Positions 45,575 through 61,565 of a stretch of DNA of 64,000 nucleotides are shown here, in pieces (within the stretch, counting starts at the first letter, position 1; each line of letters starts with the position of its first letter). The translations under genes were made by a program, and so were the position numbers. Under the pieces are notes generated by a model. It was not told where the DNA came from and searched no databases. It saw only the letters and a list, made by a program, of their open reading frames with translations. This stretch comes from Dictyostelium discoideum (Eukaryota): the NCBI GenBank assembly GCA_000004695.1, contig CM000151.3:5184001-5248000 (forward strand), written 5' to 3'.

Positions 45575-45693
45575 CTTGCTTAATTTCATGTAAAAAAAAA
45601 AAAAAAAAAAAATTAAATTATTTTGATTAGATTTTAAATCTTTGATTGGTATCTAAGTAAGATATTTAGAAATTTGGTGGAAAAAGTACAACG

Positions 45694-45731
<38 letters not shown>

Positions 45732-46473
45732 CAACCAGAATCAAAAAAATGAATAAACAAATTTGAAAAGGGTTTTCAATATTATTCGATATCTATCAAC
45801 CGCTAAAAAATTTAAATAAAAAAAAAATAAAATAAAAAAATAAAAAAAATAAAATAAAAAAAATAAAAAAAAAAAAAAAAGATTTTTTAAAAAATCATTT
45901 TTTCATATTTTCATTGTTTTGTAAAAAAAAAAAAAAAAAAAAAAAAATATAAAAAATAAATAAAAAAATAAAAGATAAACTTAAGGTAAATTATTTTATT
46001 TAAATAAATAGATATACCATCACAACACCAAATAAGAAATTTAAAACATTTCTTTCAAAAATGAAAAAATGTGTGTGAATTTAAAAATAATAAAAAAAAA
46101 AAATAAAAAAAAAAAAAAACACTAAAAAAATAAAAGATTTGTTATTGTTGTGTTTACTTTTTTTTTTTCAATCTTTTGTGAATTTAATATGAACGAAATA
46201 TTGATTATATTATTATATCTCACACATATAAAAACATACACCAACATATACATATCTCACACAATACCACCCTTTAAAATAAATATAATTTATATAATTT
46301 TTAAATTTTTAAATTTTTTTTTTAAAAAAAAAAAAAACAATAAAAAAATGATAGTAGGTTATGGTTAAATTATAAATAACCATTATCACAACCACTAGTT
46401 GGTCTATTGTTTTATTTTTTTTTATTTTTTTTTTTTTTTTTTGTGATTTTTTTTTTATGATTTTTTTTTTTTA

Positions 46474-46508
<35 letters not shown>

Positions 46509-46694
46509 TTTTTTCTTTTTATATATCTAAATCAATATATTAAAAAACTATAAATATATTAATATTTTTTTAATTTTAAAAAAAAAAAACAGTATTTTTT
46601 TTTTTTCTTTTTATTTTATTTTTCCATCCAAAAATAGAAAAATTTTTTAAAAAAACGAAAAAACAGAAAAAAAAATCATAAACAGAACGAAATC

Positions 46695-46734
<40 letters not shown>

Positions 46735-46758
46735 TTCCTTTTAAGTAATAATAATAAC

Positions 46759-46799
<41 letters not shown>

Positions 46800-46827
46800 A
46801 ATTTATTATAATAATAAATAAAAAAAA

Positions 46828-51376
<4,549 letters not shown>

Positions 51377-51393
51377 TAAATTGTGTAATATTA

Positions 51394-51427
<34 letters not shown>

Positions 51428-51948
51428 TTATTATTTATTATTTATTTTAATTTATCTGCTGGAAATTTAAAAAAAAAAAAGATAAAAAAAAAAAAAGAAA
51501 TGGTGAAAGAAAAATGAATGAGGTTAAAAAAAAAAAGATTCTTAAAAGGGGGGGTGGAGTTGATAAAAAAATAAAATTGAAATCACATTCAGCCCTAATT
51601 GAGTCAAATTATTTTCACTATTTTTGATATCAAAGAAAATTCTTTCCTGTTTTCTCTTCTTTTTATTATTTTTTTATTTTTTTTTATTTTTTTTATTTTT
51701 TTTTATTTATTTTATTTTTAATATTTTTTTTTTTTTATTTATTTGGTGTAATCTTGTTGTAAAAAAAAAAAAAAATAAAATAAAATAAAATTGGAGAGTC
51801 ACCAAAAATATCTGAGTATTGGGGAAATCAGGTACCAGTATATTATTTTATTTTATTTTATTTTTTTTTTTTTAAAAAAATTTTTTTTTTTATTTTTTCC
51901 CAAAGCTTGAACGCATTTTTTTTTCTTTCTTTTTTATATTTAATTTTT

Positions 51949-51990
<42 letters not shown>

Positions 51991-52331
51991 AAATAAATAA
52001 AATAAAAATGTATATTGAATATTTATTACATTTTTACAAGTTACAATATTTTTTTTTATTCTAAAAATAAAAAAAATTTTCACCCCACTGTTTTGCCCTA
52101 GATCAAAATTTACCACATTGTTTTTTATTTTTTATTTTTTTATTTTTTTTTATTTTTTATTTTTTATTTTCTTATGAAAATAAATTTTACATCACAACAA
52201 TTATTTTCACCAAAAACACATCACACAATCACCCAATGAGTTAAAAATAATAAATTTATTTATTTATTAATTTTTTATTTATTTTTTATTTATTATTTAA
52301 TTTTTTTATAAAATTAAAAATTAATATTAAC

Positions 52332-52391
<60 letters not shown>

Positions 52392-52395
52392 GAAA

Positions 52396-54691
52396 ATGAG
52401 ATTATTATTATTATTAATTTTAATAATAACAATTAATTTTAGTTATGGTGTATTAACACCTAAAAATTTAGCAGGTGAAGCAAGTGAATTTGGTTCATTT
52501 AATATTCCAAATCCAATGGATGTAGCACAAAGTAGTGATAGTTCATTATTTGGTATTTCAATGACACAAAGCCAATTGAAAAATTCATTTGAATGGTCAG
52601 GAGTTGTACCAGTTGATTCAGAAGAAGAATTTACATTAACATTCTTTTCAAGTTTTCCATTAAGTGAATTTAAAGTTGAAGCATCACCAAAAACTTCATT
52701 ATCATCTTCCAAATCAGAATCAGAACATAAATCAAAATTCTATAAGGTGATTAAATCAATATATCAAACACCAACCGTTACCAATGGTTCATTTGGTATT
52801 GATGGTGCAACAACTCCATCATTTAGTTTAACATGGGATAAACCAGTTGTTGGAGATTGGAATGTTGTAATCACAGCCTCATCATCATTAAGAAAGAATG
52901 AAAAATTCCAAAAGATGGTAGAAGATTCAACACCTCAATTGTTAATGTTGGTTCAAAATCCAAGTGATACTCATATCTACTCTTATGTATCATCATACAA
53001 TAATTTATTCACAGGTCAAAAAGTATCAGTTTTAGCAATGCTCCACAAGAAGTCAGAATTCATTAAAAAGTCTTCTGCCAATCGTCCACTCAATTGGAAA
53101 CCATCACCAATTTTATTATCAGATGTTTCAGCAGAGATGATTTTAGGTTTACCAGATGGTTCAAAAGAAACTATCCCAATGTTTGATGATGGTCTTCATG
53201 ATGATGAACAAGCAAATGATGGTCTTTTCGGTGGTTACATCAATGTAAGTGAATTGGGTAATTATGACCTTCAAGTAGTTTACAAAGGTTCTCAAAATGG
53301 TAATGGTGTAATTCGTTCAAATCAACATCTCATTCCAATAACTTCTCAATATTTAGAATTAACTGGTGAAGTTCAATCAGTTCAAGATGGTGATGCAAAT
53401 TTAAATATCTATTTCATTGTCAATAGTCCAAACCAAACCACTGTTGATCAAACACCAGTACATGTTTATTCAGAAGTTTATGGTACTGATGATGATGGTA
53501 AAAAAGTTGCAATTGCTTGGGTTGCCGGTGTTACATCAGCTCAACCAATTCAAGGTTCAACCACTACTTTTGCACTCTCTGCAGTTCTTAATGAACGTTG
53601 GATCGCCAAAGTTGGTGCAACCGCTCCATTCTTTGTAAAGAATGTTCAAGTCTCTGATTTGGATACTTTTATTCCACTTTCAAATACAACATCAACATCA
53701 AATGTTAAAATGGTTGGTGAATATAAAGATGTTCGTACAATTGTTCATTCTCCACCACTTCATGAAATCACCAAAGAAATGAGAGATGGTAAAATGCCAA
53801 AAGAATTGGCTGATCGTATTGGTAAATCAACTGGTAATGGTAAATTAATTCTTACACATGGTTATTGTAGTGAAGGTGTTTGGCCAATTGAGGATTTTGA
53901 AAATTCTGTAGAGTTCCAAGATTTTAATCAAAATCGTGGTAATGATGAATTTGCTCAAATACTTGCCAATTTCGGTAGCCAATATACCGATGGTTTTTCA
54001 CTTGTTGCTCATAGTCAAGGTGGTAACGCTGCTCTTCACCTCGTAACATTCTATTTCAGTGGACTTGATCTTTCTCAAAAACTTGAAGGTCGTGTCATTC
54101 AATCAATGGGTACTCCATACCAAGGTACTGCTCTCGCTGGTACTTGGGCTTCTATTGGTAGTGCTGTAGGTGTTGGTTGTTCTGCAAATGATGATCTCAC
54201 TGTTGATGGTGCCGCTTTATGGTTAAAATCAATTCCAGCAGATAAAAGAGCTTTAGTTTATTATACAACTACTCAATATAGTACTGGTTCTTTAATTAAT
54301 TAGTAAGTTTAACTTTTTTAAAAAAAAAAAAAAAATTTTAATAATTAATATTAACAATTTATTTTATTAATTTTTTTCCTTTAAACAGTTGTAATTTGGC
54401 TTCCAATGCAGTCTTAGAATGGCCAAATGATGGTGTTGTTGATAATGAGGTTTGTATTTTATTTACTTTAAACTATAAATTTATAACGAATATATTTTAA
54501 ATATTAACATTTTATACTCTCACCAAATTTTTATTAAATAATAATTAATTAATTAATAGCATACTCCACTCGAAGGTGGTGTATATTTAAATAACTTTAA
54601 AGACTGGTGTCACTCTGATGGTATGCACTCACCACAACAAACTACAAATACTGAATATAACAAAGAAATGAGTTCCAACTCTGTTTGGTAA
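52396..54691 (+). CDS. Secreted lipase-like alpha/beta-hydrolase (GxSxG nucleophile AHSQGG), 3 exons (52396..54302, 54389..54449, 54560..54691).
   Basis: MRLLLLLILIITINFSYG is a signal peptide. The nucleophile elbow is LVAHSQGGNAAL. The long ORF ends ..GSLIN* but TA|GTAAGT (54303) is a donor. The two small 3' exons encode YCNLASNAVLEWPNDGVVDNE (candidate catalytic Asp in the N-D-G-V-V motif) and HTPLEGGVYLNNFKDWCHSDGMH..SVW* (candidate catalytic His). The acceptors are cctttaaacag (54387-54388) and aattaatag (54558-54559), and the phases are consistent. Confidence 0.65.
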
Positions 54692-54767
54692 ACTACTTTG
54701 TATTATTTTTTTTTCTCTACAATAATTGTAATAAAATCGATTTATATTAAATTTATTGTCACTTTAT

Positions 54768-54798
<31 letters not shown>

Positions 54799-55100
54799 CA
54801 ATAAAATTAAATAATTGTCTGTATTTATAAAAATATTATTTCGCGAATAAATAAATAATTTTTTTTTTTTAAAAATTAAAATTTGGGACGAAAAATGTTA
54901 TTATTTAAATTCTACTCATTTAATAATTTTTTATAATTTATTTAAAATTATAAACTCCATTATCGAGAAATAAAAAAATAATATTATTCTATTTGGAATT
55001 CAATTTAAAATAGTGATAGCTATTTTTTTTTCCTATTTAAATCAAAAAATTGGATAAAGATTTAACAACACAGTAAAAAAAAAAAAAAAAAATTGAATTT

Positions 55101-55258
55101 TTTGTAGTTCGCAGGTGTTTTTTTGGGGGTGAATTTCATTGTTAATTATTTATTATTAAATTTAATTTTTAATTTTTTTTGTAGTTTGTAGGTGTTTTTT
55201 TGGGGGTGAATTTCATTATTAATTATTTATTATTAAATTTAATTTTTAATTTTTTTTT
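55101..55258. repeat. Tandem duplication of a ~78-bp promoter block (2 copies, ~90% identical), each containing TTTTTTGGGGGTGAATTTCATT.
   Basis: Copy 1 is ..tttgtagttcgcaggtgtttttttgggggtgaatttcattgttaattatttattattaaatttaatttttaattttttt and copy 2 is ..gtagtttgtaggtgttttttgggggtgaatttcattattaattatttattattaaatttaatttttaatttttttt. They lie 90-250 bp upstream of the NmrA-like gene ATG. Confidence 0.85.
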
Positions 55259-55345
55259 TGCTAATTTCAACTTTTTTTTTTTTTTTTTTTTTTTTCATTA
55301 TTATTTTTTTTTTTCTGCTTTCAAATATATTCTATAAATCTAAAA

Positions 55346-56349
55346 ATGACAGTTGTAACAGTATTTGGTTCAACAGGTTCACAAGTAAGTTTTAATTCTT
55401 TTTTTTTATTTTTATTTTTATTTTTAATTTATTAATATATATATATATATTTTTTTTATAAAAAAAAAAGGGAGGTTCAGTTGCAAGAGCATTACTTAAA
55501 GATGGATTTAAAGTTCGAGCATTAACAAGAAATCCAGAATCAGAAAATGCTAAAAAGCTTCAAAAAGAGGGTGCTGAAATTGTTAAATGTGACGATGCCG
55601 ATCCAAAAGAAGTCATTGAAAAAGCATTAAAAGGAAGTGATTCAGTATTTTGCGTTACCAATTTCTGGGCTTATTTCGGCAAGGAATTAGAGTATGGTTT
55701 AAACATTGCACACGCAGCATTGGCAGCAGGCGTTAAACATTTTGTATTCAGTGGTTTGGCACCATGTAATAAGATTTCAGGAGGAAGATACAATGTACCA
55801 CACTTTGATTTGAAGCATAAAATTGAAGAGGAGCTAAGAAAAATGTCTAAAGAAAATCCAAGTTTTGTAACTTCCTTTGTTTACGCTCCATTTTATATGC
55901 AAAATTTTAAAACTTTCTTTGCACCAAAACGTACTGTCAACGAAGCCACTCAAGAAGTCACATATGTATTGGGCATGCCATTGAATCCTAAAATGTTGCC
56001 ATTGGATATGGGCGATATTAATGATATCGGTTCAATCGTTGCTGTAATGATGAAAGATCCAACTAAATACTCTGGTAAAATCATTCCATTCTCAGGTGAC
56101 TGTTTACATGGTGAAAAGATCGCTGAAATTATGTCAAAAGTAACTGGTAAGAAAGTTGTTTACAATTTCATTGAACCAAAAGATTTTGCTCAATTCGATT
56201 TCCCAGGTGCTGGTGAAATGGCTGAAATGTTTTCTTATTACAATGAATTTGGTGCATTTGATAAATTAGATAAAACTGAAGCTTCAAAAATTACAAAATT
56301 AACAAATCTTGAAGAATTTTTGAAAAAAACTAATTTTCAACTTGAATAG
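55346..56349 (+). CDS. NmrA-like family NAD(P)-binding protein (HSCARG/NMRAL1-like), 2 exons (55346..55384, 55471..56349).
   Basis: MTVVTVFGSTGSQ|GGSVARALLKDGFKVRALTRNPESENAKKLQKEGAEIVKCDDADPKEV.. is a Rossmann GxxGxxG motif split by an 86-nt intron (GTAAGT donor 55385, aaaaaaaaag acceptor 55469-55470). The C-terminal track ORF 55720..56349 is in the same frame. Confidence 0.8.
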
Positions 56350-56465
56350 TTAAATATGCCATATTTATTTTAAACTTATTTTAATATACAAATAAATAAT
56401 TAAAATAAATAATTTAAAGTTTTTGGTAAAAAAAAGTAATGTTATAATTTTTTTTTTTAATGTTG

Positions 56466-56496
<31 letters not shown>

Positions 56497-56499
56497 AAT

Positions 56500-56853
56500 T
56501 TAATTACAACCACATTGAGTTGGTTGACCACCTCCATTCATTGATCCATTTCCACCGACACTAACTCCGATATTTGCATTTGGTGCACCACCACCACCCA
56601 AAACACCATCTAATAAACCACCAAGTAAACCTTTACTTCGTCCTAAAACATCTCCCAATAAACCAGAACTTGAGCTTCCTCCACATGAAATACTATTTGA
56701 TGCAGCACTAACAGTTGAAAGGGAACCAGTAGTTCATTGCTTTGGGTTTGATAATGTAATTATTGATGCTTTTTTAATAATTTAAATATTTAGTACTTGA
56801 TTTATAAAATAAAAAAATTAATATAATATAAAAACCTTACCAATGATTGTCAT
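56500..56853 (-). pseudogene. hssA/2C/7E-family small Gly/Ser-rich protein gene interrupted by one in-frame TGA (exons 56841..56853 and 56500..56768; TGA at 56734..56736).
   Basis: Exon 1 is ATGACAATCATTG|GTAAGG (MTII). After a 72-nt intron (acceptor aaaaaag, AG at 56770-56769) the frame reads A-SIITLSNPKQ-TGA-TTGSLSTVSAASNSISCGGSSSSGLLGDVLGRSKGLLGGLLDGVLGGGGAPNANIGVSVGGNGSMNGGGQPTQCGCN*. Apart from the single stop this is an intact ~95-codon family member. Confidence 0.45.
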
Positions 56854-57130
56854 TTTTAATTTTTATTTTTTAAATAATATTTTGATTTATAAAATAAAAT
56901 ATAATTTTTTTTTTTTCTTTTATACCTTTTTTTTTTTTTTGAAAAAAAAAAAAAAAAAAAAAAAAAAAGATTAATTGAATAGAGTAAACAAAATAATTTA
57001 AAAAATGGAACCATTTATAAATTAAATACCAACAGGTTTATAATTATTTAGTTAACCATGAAATTATTGTATTTTTATCTGGAAAAAACTTTTAAAACAA
57101 TTATTATTACTTTTTTTTATTAAAATACAA

Positions 57131-57145
57131 CACACCCACAAAAAC
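57131..57145. promoter_or_regulatory. CA-rich element CACACCCACAAAAAC about 280 bp upstream of the minus-strand hssA-family copy.
   Basis: The textbook CAE (C-rich strand of a G-box) is CACACCCA. The same 14-mer ACCCACAAAAACT recurs at 28209-28225. Confidence 0.3.
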
Positions 57146-57461
57146 TTGTAAAAAATAAATTTTAATTTATATAAAAAAAAAAATGTTGAAGATAATTTTA
57201 AGATTTATACTATTTTATTACAGATTTGGTTGGATATTTTGAATTAAGTGATAGTTTAAAATTATTTTTTTTATATTTAAAGATGAGATAATTTGTTTAA
57301 TATATGGTTATTGTTATTCGAAAATTATTGTTGGTTTAAAAAACAATAACATTGAAATTATAACAAAAACAAAGTGTTATGGATTAATAAAGTATTTAAT
57401 TTAAAAGATCTTTTTTTTTTATAAATGGTATTCAAAATTAAAATTAATTTAATTTACAGTT

Positions 57462-57492
<31 letters not shown>

Positions 57493-58380
57493 CTTCTTTT
57501 GATTTTAATAAAAATTTGATGATGAGATGATAATAAATTTCTCTTTATTAGGATAATTCTTTGATGATCATTCTCAAAACAGATGCCCAAAATACAGTTT
57601 TTATTTTCATCATTAAATCAACAAAGTTATCCATAATACGATCTTTAATAAGGCGATAAAACTTATTCATTTATTATTATAAAAATCACTACACTACTAT
57701 TTTATTGTTGTTGTTGTTGTAATGCTTTCAATTGATGAAAAGACTATTGATAAACGAGTTTGTAATTGTTGTTGAAATATTACACCACAAACTATCACTG
57801 AATTATCAACAAAGGATGTTGGTGATGGTGCACTACTATATTCATTTCATTTTTGGCATATGAATTAATTTTTTTTATCTTTTTTGGTTTTGTTTATTAT
57901 TTGGAGAACCTGAACGACAAAATCCCTATATTATTATTATTATTATTATTTATTTGTTTATTAATTTAAAACAATTGATTGTTTTTTTTTTAAAAAACAT
58001 ATTTTTATATTTTTATTATAAATCATATAAAGAAAATAATTTATTTTAAATTTCAAAGAGATAAAGAGGGTGTTTGTGTGAAATAATTTATATTTTTCAA
58101 ACTCCAACACCAATTTTTTTTTTTAAAAACTATTTTCCCAATTATTAAAAATTACTTAATTTGTTTAAATTAATTTTCTTTTCCAAATGACAAATATTTG
58201 AATTATTTTAATAATTATTTTTTTTATTTTAATTTATTTTAAAGAAGAGATTAAATTATAAATTCTCATTTTTAAAGAATTATGTGAAAACATTAATTTG
58301 AATATAAAAAAAAATAAAATTTTTTTTTTTTATATATTATTTTATAAAATATTAAAAAAAAGAAATATATAAATAATAAA

Positions 58381-58610
58381 ATGACCATTACTTGTAATTA
58401 TTTCTATATTTTTTATTTATTTTAAATTTATTAGTTTAAAACATATTAAAATATTTTTATTTTTAAAATAATTATTTAGATTCAATTGTTAATTTTTTAA
58501 ACCAAAAGGCTAGTGGATCTAATGGCGAAATTTCATCAAACATTGTTAGATTATCAAACTTTGGTAAAATTTCTGTTGCTGGTGGACATTGGAATAATGG
58601 AGGCCACTAG
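58381..58610 (+). CDS. hssA/2C/7E-family small protein, 49 aa, 2 exons (58381..58393, 58480..58610).
   Basis: Exon 1 is ATGACCATTACTT|GTAATT (MTIT, phase 1). The acceptor is attatttag (58478-58479). The joined protein is MTITYSIVNFLNQKASGSNGEISSNIVRLSNFGKISVAGGHWNNGGH*. It has the same 13-nt first-exon architecture and a similar Gly/Ser/Asn-rich body to the 56500..56853 copy. It is GC-richer than the surrounding DNA and overlaps track ORF 58513..58716 in another frame. Confidence 0.5.
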
Positions 58611-59217
58611 AATCATTGGAACAAAGGAGGAAATCATTGGTAAAAACTATAATTTATATTTTTTTGTTTTTAAAAAAAAATTTTATTTGTTTTTAATTAT
58701 CCAAAACTATATTTAATTTTGTTATTTTTTTTTTTTTTTTTTTTTTTTTTTGTCGATTTATTTTAATAGTTACATATTTATTTTTGTTATTTTTTTATTT
58801 TTGTTTTTTTAAAACAATCACATATTTATTTAATATTTTAATTTTTTTTAAAATAAAAAAAAAAAAATTTGGAATCCAAAAACCGACAATCAGATGCCTT
58901 GTATTTAAGTAAATAAATAAAAAAAAAATATAAAAACAAAAACCCCGATATTCTTAGTTTTTCGAAAAAAAAAAAAAAAATAAAAAAATAAAAAAAAAAC
59001 AAAAAAAAAAAAGATTTTTTTCGAAGGTTTTTTTGGATATTTTATGTCACCCAAAAATAAGTGTCAGAAAGTGTTTAATTTGATTTGTTTTTTTTTTTTT
59101 TTTTTTTTTTTTCTGAATTTATTTGCTCATCAAAAATAAAATTTTAAAAAAATGATCACATTAAAAAAAAAAAAAATTATACAACTTAATATTATTTAAA
59201 TTTTTCAAAACAAAGAC

Positions 59218-60505
59218 ATGACAATTGATTGGGACTCAATTCTTAGCTATAACACAATCAAAGTGGTTCGTATAAGAGACCGACGGCTTGGGTAATTTTT
59301 TAAATTTTAAAAGAGTTAATTCATTTTTATAAATTAAAATCTAATAAAAAAAAAAAAAATTTTAAAAAAAAAAAAAAAATAGAATTTTACATTTATGTTT
59401 TTTAATAGTAATTGTATTATATGTTGTTGTTTATTCGGCGATTATTAAAAAAGGTTATGTTACAACTGAAGAACCTGTTGGCTCAATTAGAACTTCATTA
59501 TTGGCTCCAGATGAATTAAAATCAAATCAAGCATATTGTAAAAATAATACAGAACCATATCCATATGAAAAATTAGATTGTGTTTATTATGATGAGAAAT
59601 TAGCTCTCTTTCCCATTGGTGATGATGTTGGATTTACGGCTTCCACTAGGATGAGAATTTCAGATCAAACCGTAAATTGTAGTTTAATGAATCCATCTTG
59701 TAAATTTTATACCAATACATCAATGAATGTTTATTTAGCAGATATTGAAAGTTTTACAGTTTTAATTGATCATACAATGTATGCACCATCTTCTCAAATT
59801 CAATTTAATGGTGATGATTTAAGTGGATATGTTTTAGATCAAAATGGTAATGAAATTCAATTAAATGAATCTGTAAATACAATTGGTGTTCAAGGTAAAC
59901 CTGATATTTTACAACTTGGAAAATTATTAGAATTTGCTGGTGTTGATTTAGATGGACCTTGTAAGTTTTTTTTTAAAGAAAAAAATAATAATAATAATAA
60001 AATTATTTATTTATTTATTTATTTTAATGTATTATATATAATAATAGCGTTAGTAAATTCAAGTAATTCAATTAGATATGATGGATGTGTTTTATTTGTA
60101 TTTATTGAATATTCAAATACATTTTCATATGATTTAAAAAAGATTAAATATGTTTATTCAATTAAAAAAGTTGATGATACTGCTTATGATGTACCAGAAG
60201 TTATTATTTTAAATAATGAAAATTCAAGATTATATTATAAACGTCATGCAATTAGATTAATTTTCATTCAAACTGGTGTAATTGGTTCATTCAATTTTCA
60301 ATCATTACTTTTAACATTAGTTAGTGGTCTTGGTTTATTAACTGTATCAACTTTAATTGTTGATCAATTGGCAATTAGATTTTTACCACAAAGAAAATCT
60401 TATAGTTCACTTAAATTCCAAACAACTGAAAGTTTTAGAATGAAAAAAAAAATTGTAAATGATGATGGTGAAGATAAACTTTATCATAATATTGAAGCTC
60501 TATAA
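59218..60505 (+). CDS. P2X purinergic receptor-like ion channel (Dictyostelium p2x family), 3 exons (59218..59291, 59383..59960, 60048..60505), about 370 aa.
   Basis: MTIDWDSILSYNTIKVVRIRDRRLG|GILHLCFLIVIVLYVVVYSAIIKKGY (N-terminal YxTxK/R motif plus TM1), a Cys-containing ectodomain, then ..YYKRHAIRLIFIQTGVIGSFNFQSLLLTLVSGLGLLTVSTLIVDQLAIRF (TM2). The donors are gg|GTAATT (59292) and t|GTAAGT (59961); the acceptors are aaaaatag (59381-59382) and ataatag (60046-60047). Intron 2 is 87 nt and in frame, which is why the track shows one ORF 59501..60505. Confidence 0.85.
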
Positions 60506-60863
60506 ATAATAATAATAACAATAAAATGGGAGAAATTTTTACCCTTTTTTAATGAAATTTTTACCCTTTTTAAAGATTAAAATTTTGATTTAATTGTTTA
60601 TTTTTTAAGATTTGTTTATTTTTTAATTTTAGAATTATTGATTTTTTTTTTTTTATATTTATTAATAATTGAGTTTTTTTTTTTTTATAATGAACCTTAA
60701 ATTAATTTAAAAAAAAAACCAATAATTTAAAAATAAAAAAGGGGGTGAATAATGTGTTGTAATTTGTAGATTTGTCACAATTAAAAGTGAAATATTTGTG
60801 TAAAAATGAATTTTGTTTGTTCAATTAATAATTGGACTGAAAAACGACTATCATAATATTGTT

Positions 60864-60895
<32 letters not shown>

Positions 60896-61104
60896 TAAAT
60901 CTAAAAATAAAAATTTAGTTTCAGGGCCTTTATTAAGAATATATTTTAATAGTACCCTTTTACCATTTTCTTATTTTGAATATTTCCAGATTTGGAAATT
61001 TTCTTTTTGGCTATTGGATTTTACTAGTATAATTGAAAGTAAACCATTTCTATTTGATTAAATTACTTTATAAAAAAAGAATATTAAAGTTAGATTATAA
61101 TTGT

Positions 61105-61117
61105 TATTTATTTATTT

Positions 61118-61153
<36 letters not shown>

Positions 61154-61157
61154 TTTT
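61105..61157. repeat. (ATTT)n tetranucleotide microsatellite of about 13 units.
   Basis: tatttatttatttattatttatttatttatttatttatttatttatttatttattttt between the P2X paralogs. Confidence 0.85.
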
Positions 61158-61418
61158 TCTAATCACTTTACCTTTCTTTTTTTTATTTTATGCTATCTAT
61201 CAACTTTTTTCTAAACCTTTTTAATTGTTAGAGTTAGATTTATTTTCTATTTGTTAATTTTCTTACATTTGTATTAATGATAATTTTTTTTTTTTTTTTT
61301 CAAAAAAGTTTCTATTTATACTCCATCAATTTTCAATTTTTATAATTATTTGAAATTAAAAAAAGGAAATTTTACTATTTTACTAGATAATATAATATAA
61401 TATATGAATCAATACCAA

Positions 61419-61565
61419 TCAAATGATAGAGAAAGGAAAGATTTATCTATGCACTATATCATAAAGAAAGATTGATCATCATAATATATAAATATTATTT
61501 CTATACAAATAAAATGAAAACTCTACTCAAATGTCAGAGAAAGGAAAGATTTATCTATGCACTAT
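61419..61565. repeat. 39-bp direct repeat (2 copies, 37/39 identical) separated by 108 bp.
   Basis: tcaaatgatagagaaaggaaagatttatctatgcactat at 61419-61457 and tcaaatgtcagagaaaggaaagatttatctatgcactat at 61527-61565. Both are followed within 30 nt by atcataa. Confidence 0.8.

Noticed and set aside
57190-57260. Possible Class I / small ncRNA gene about 60 nt downstream of the CCCACAAA element at 57131.
   Set aside because: No 5'/3' complementary stem and no conserved CCTTACAGCAA-like box. Only a weak TTACAG was seen, which is insufficient.
57540-57700. 39-codon minus-strand ORF (MNKFYRLIKDRIMDNFVDLMMKIKTVFWASVLRMIIKELS) and a 17-codon plus-strand ORF.
   Set aside because: Too short, with no splice partners and no family resemblance; noted only because the region is less AT-rich than its surroundings.
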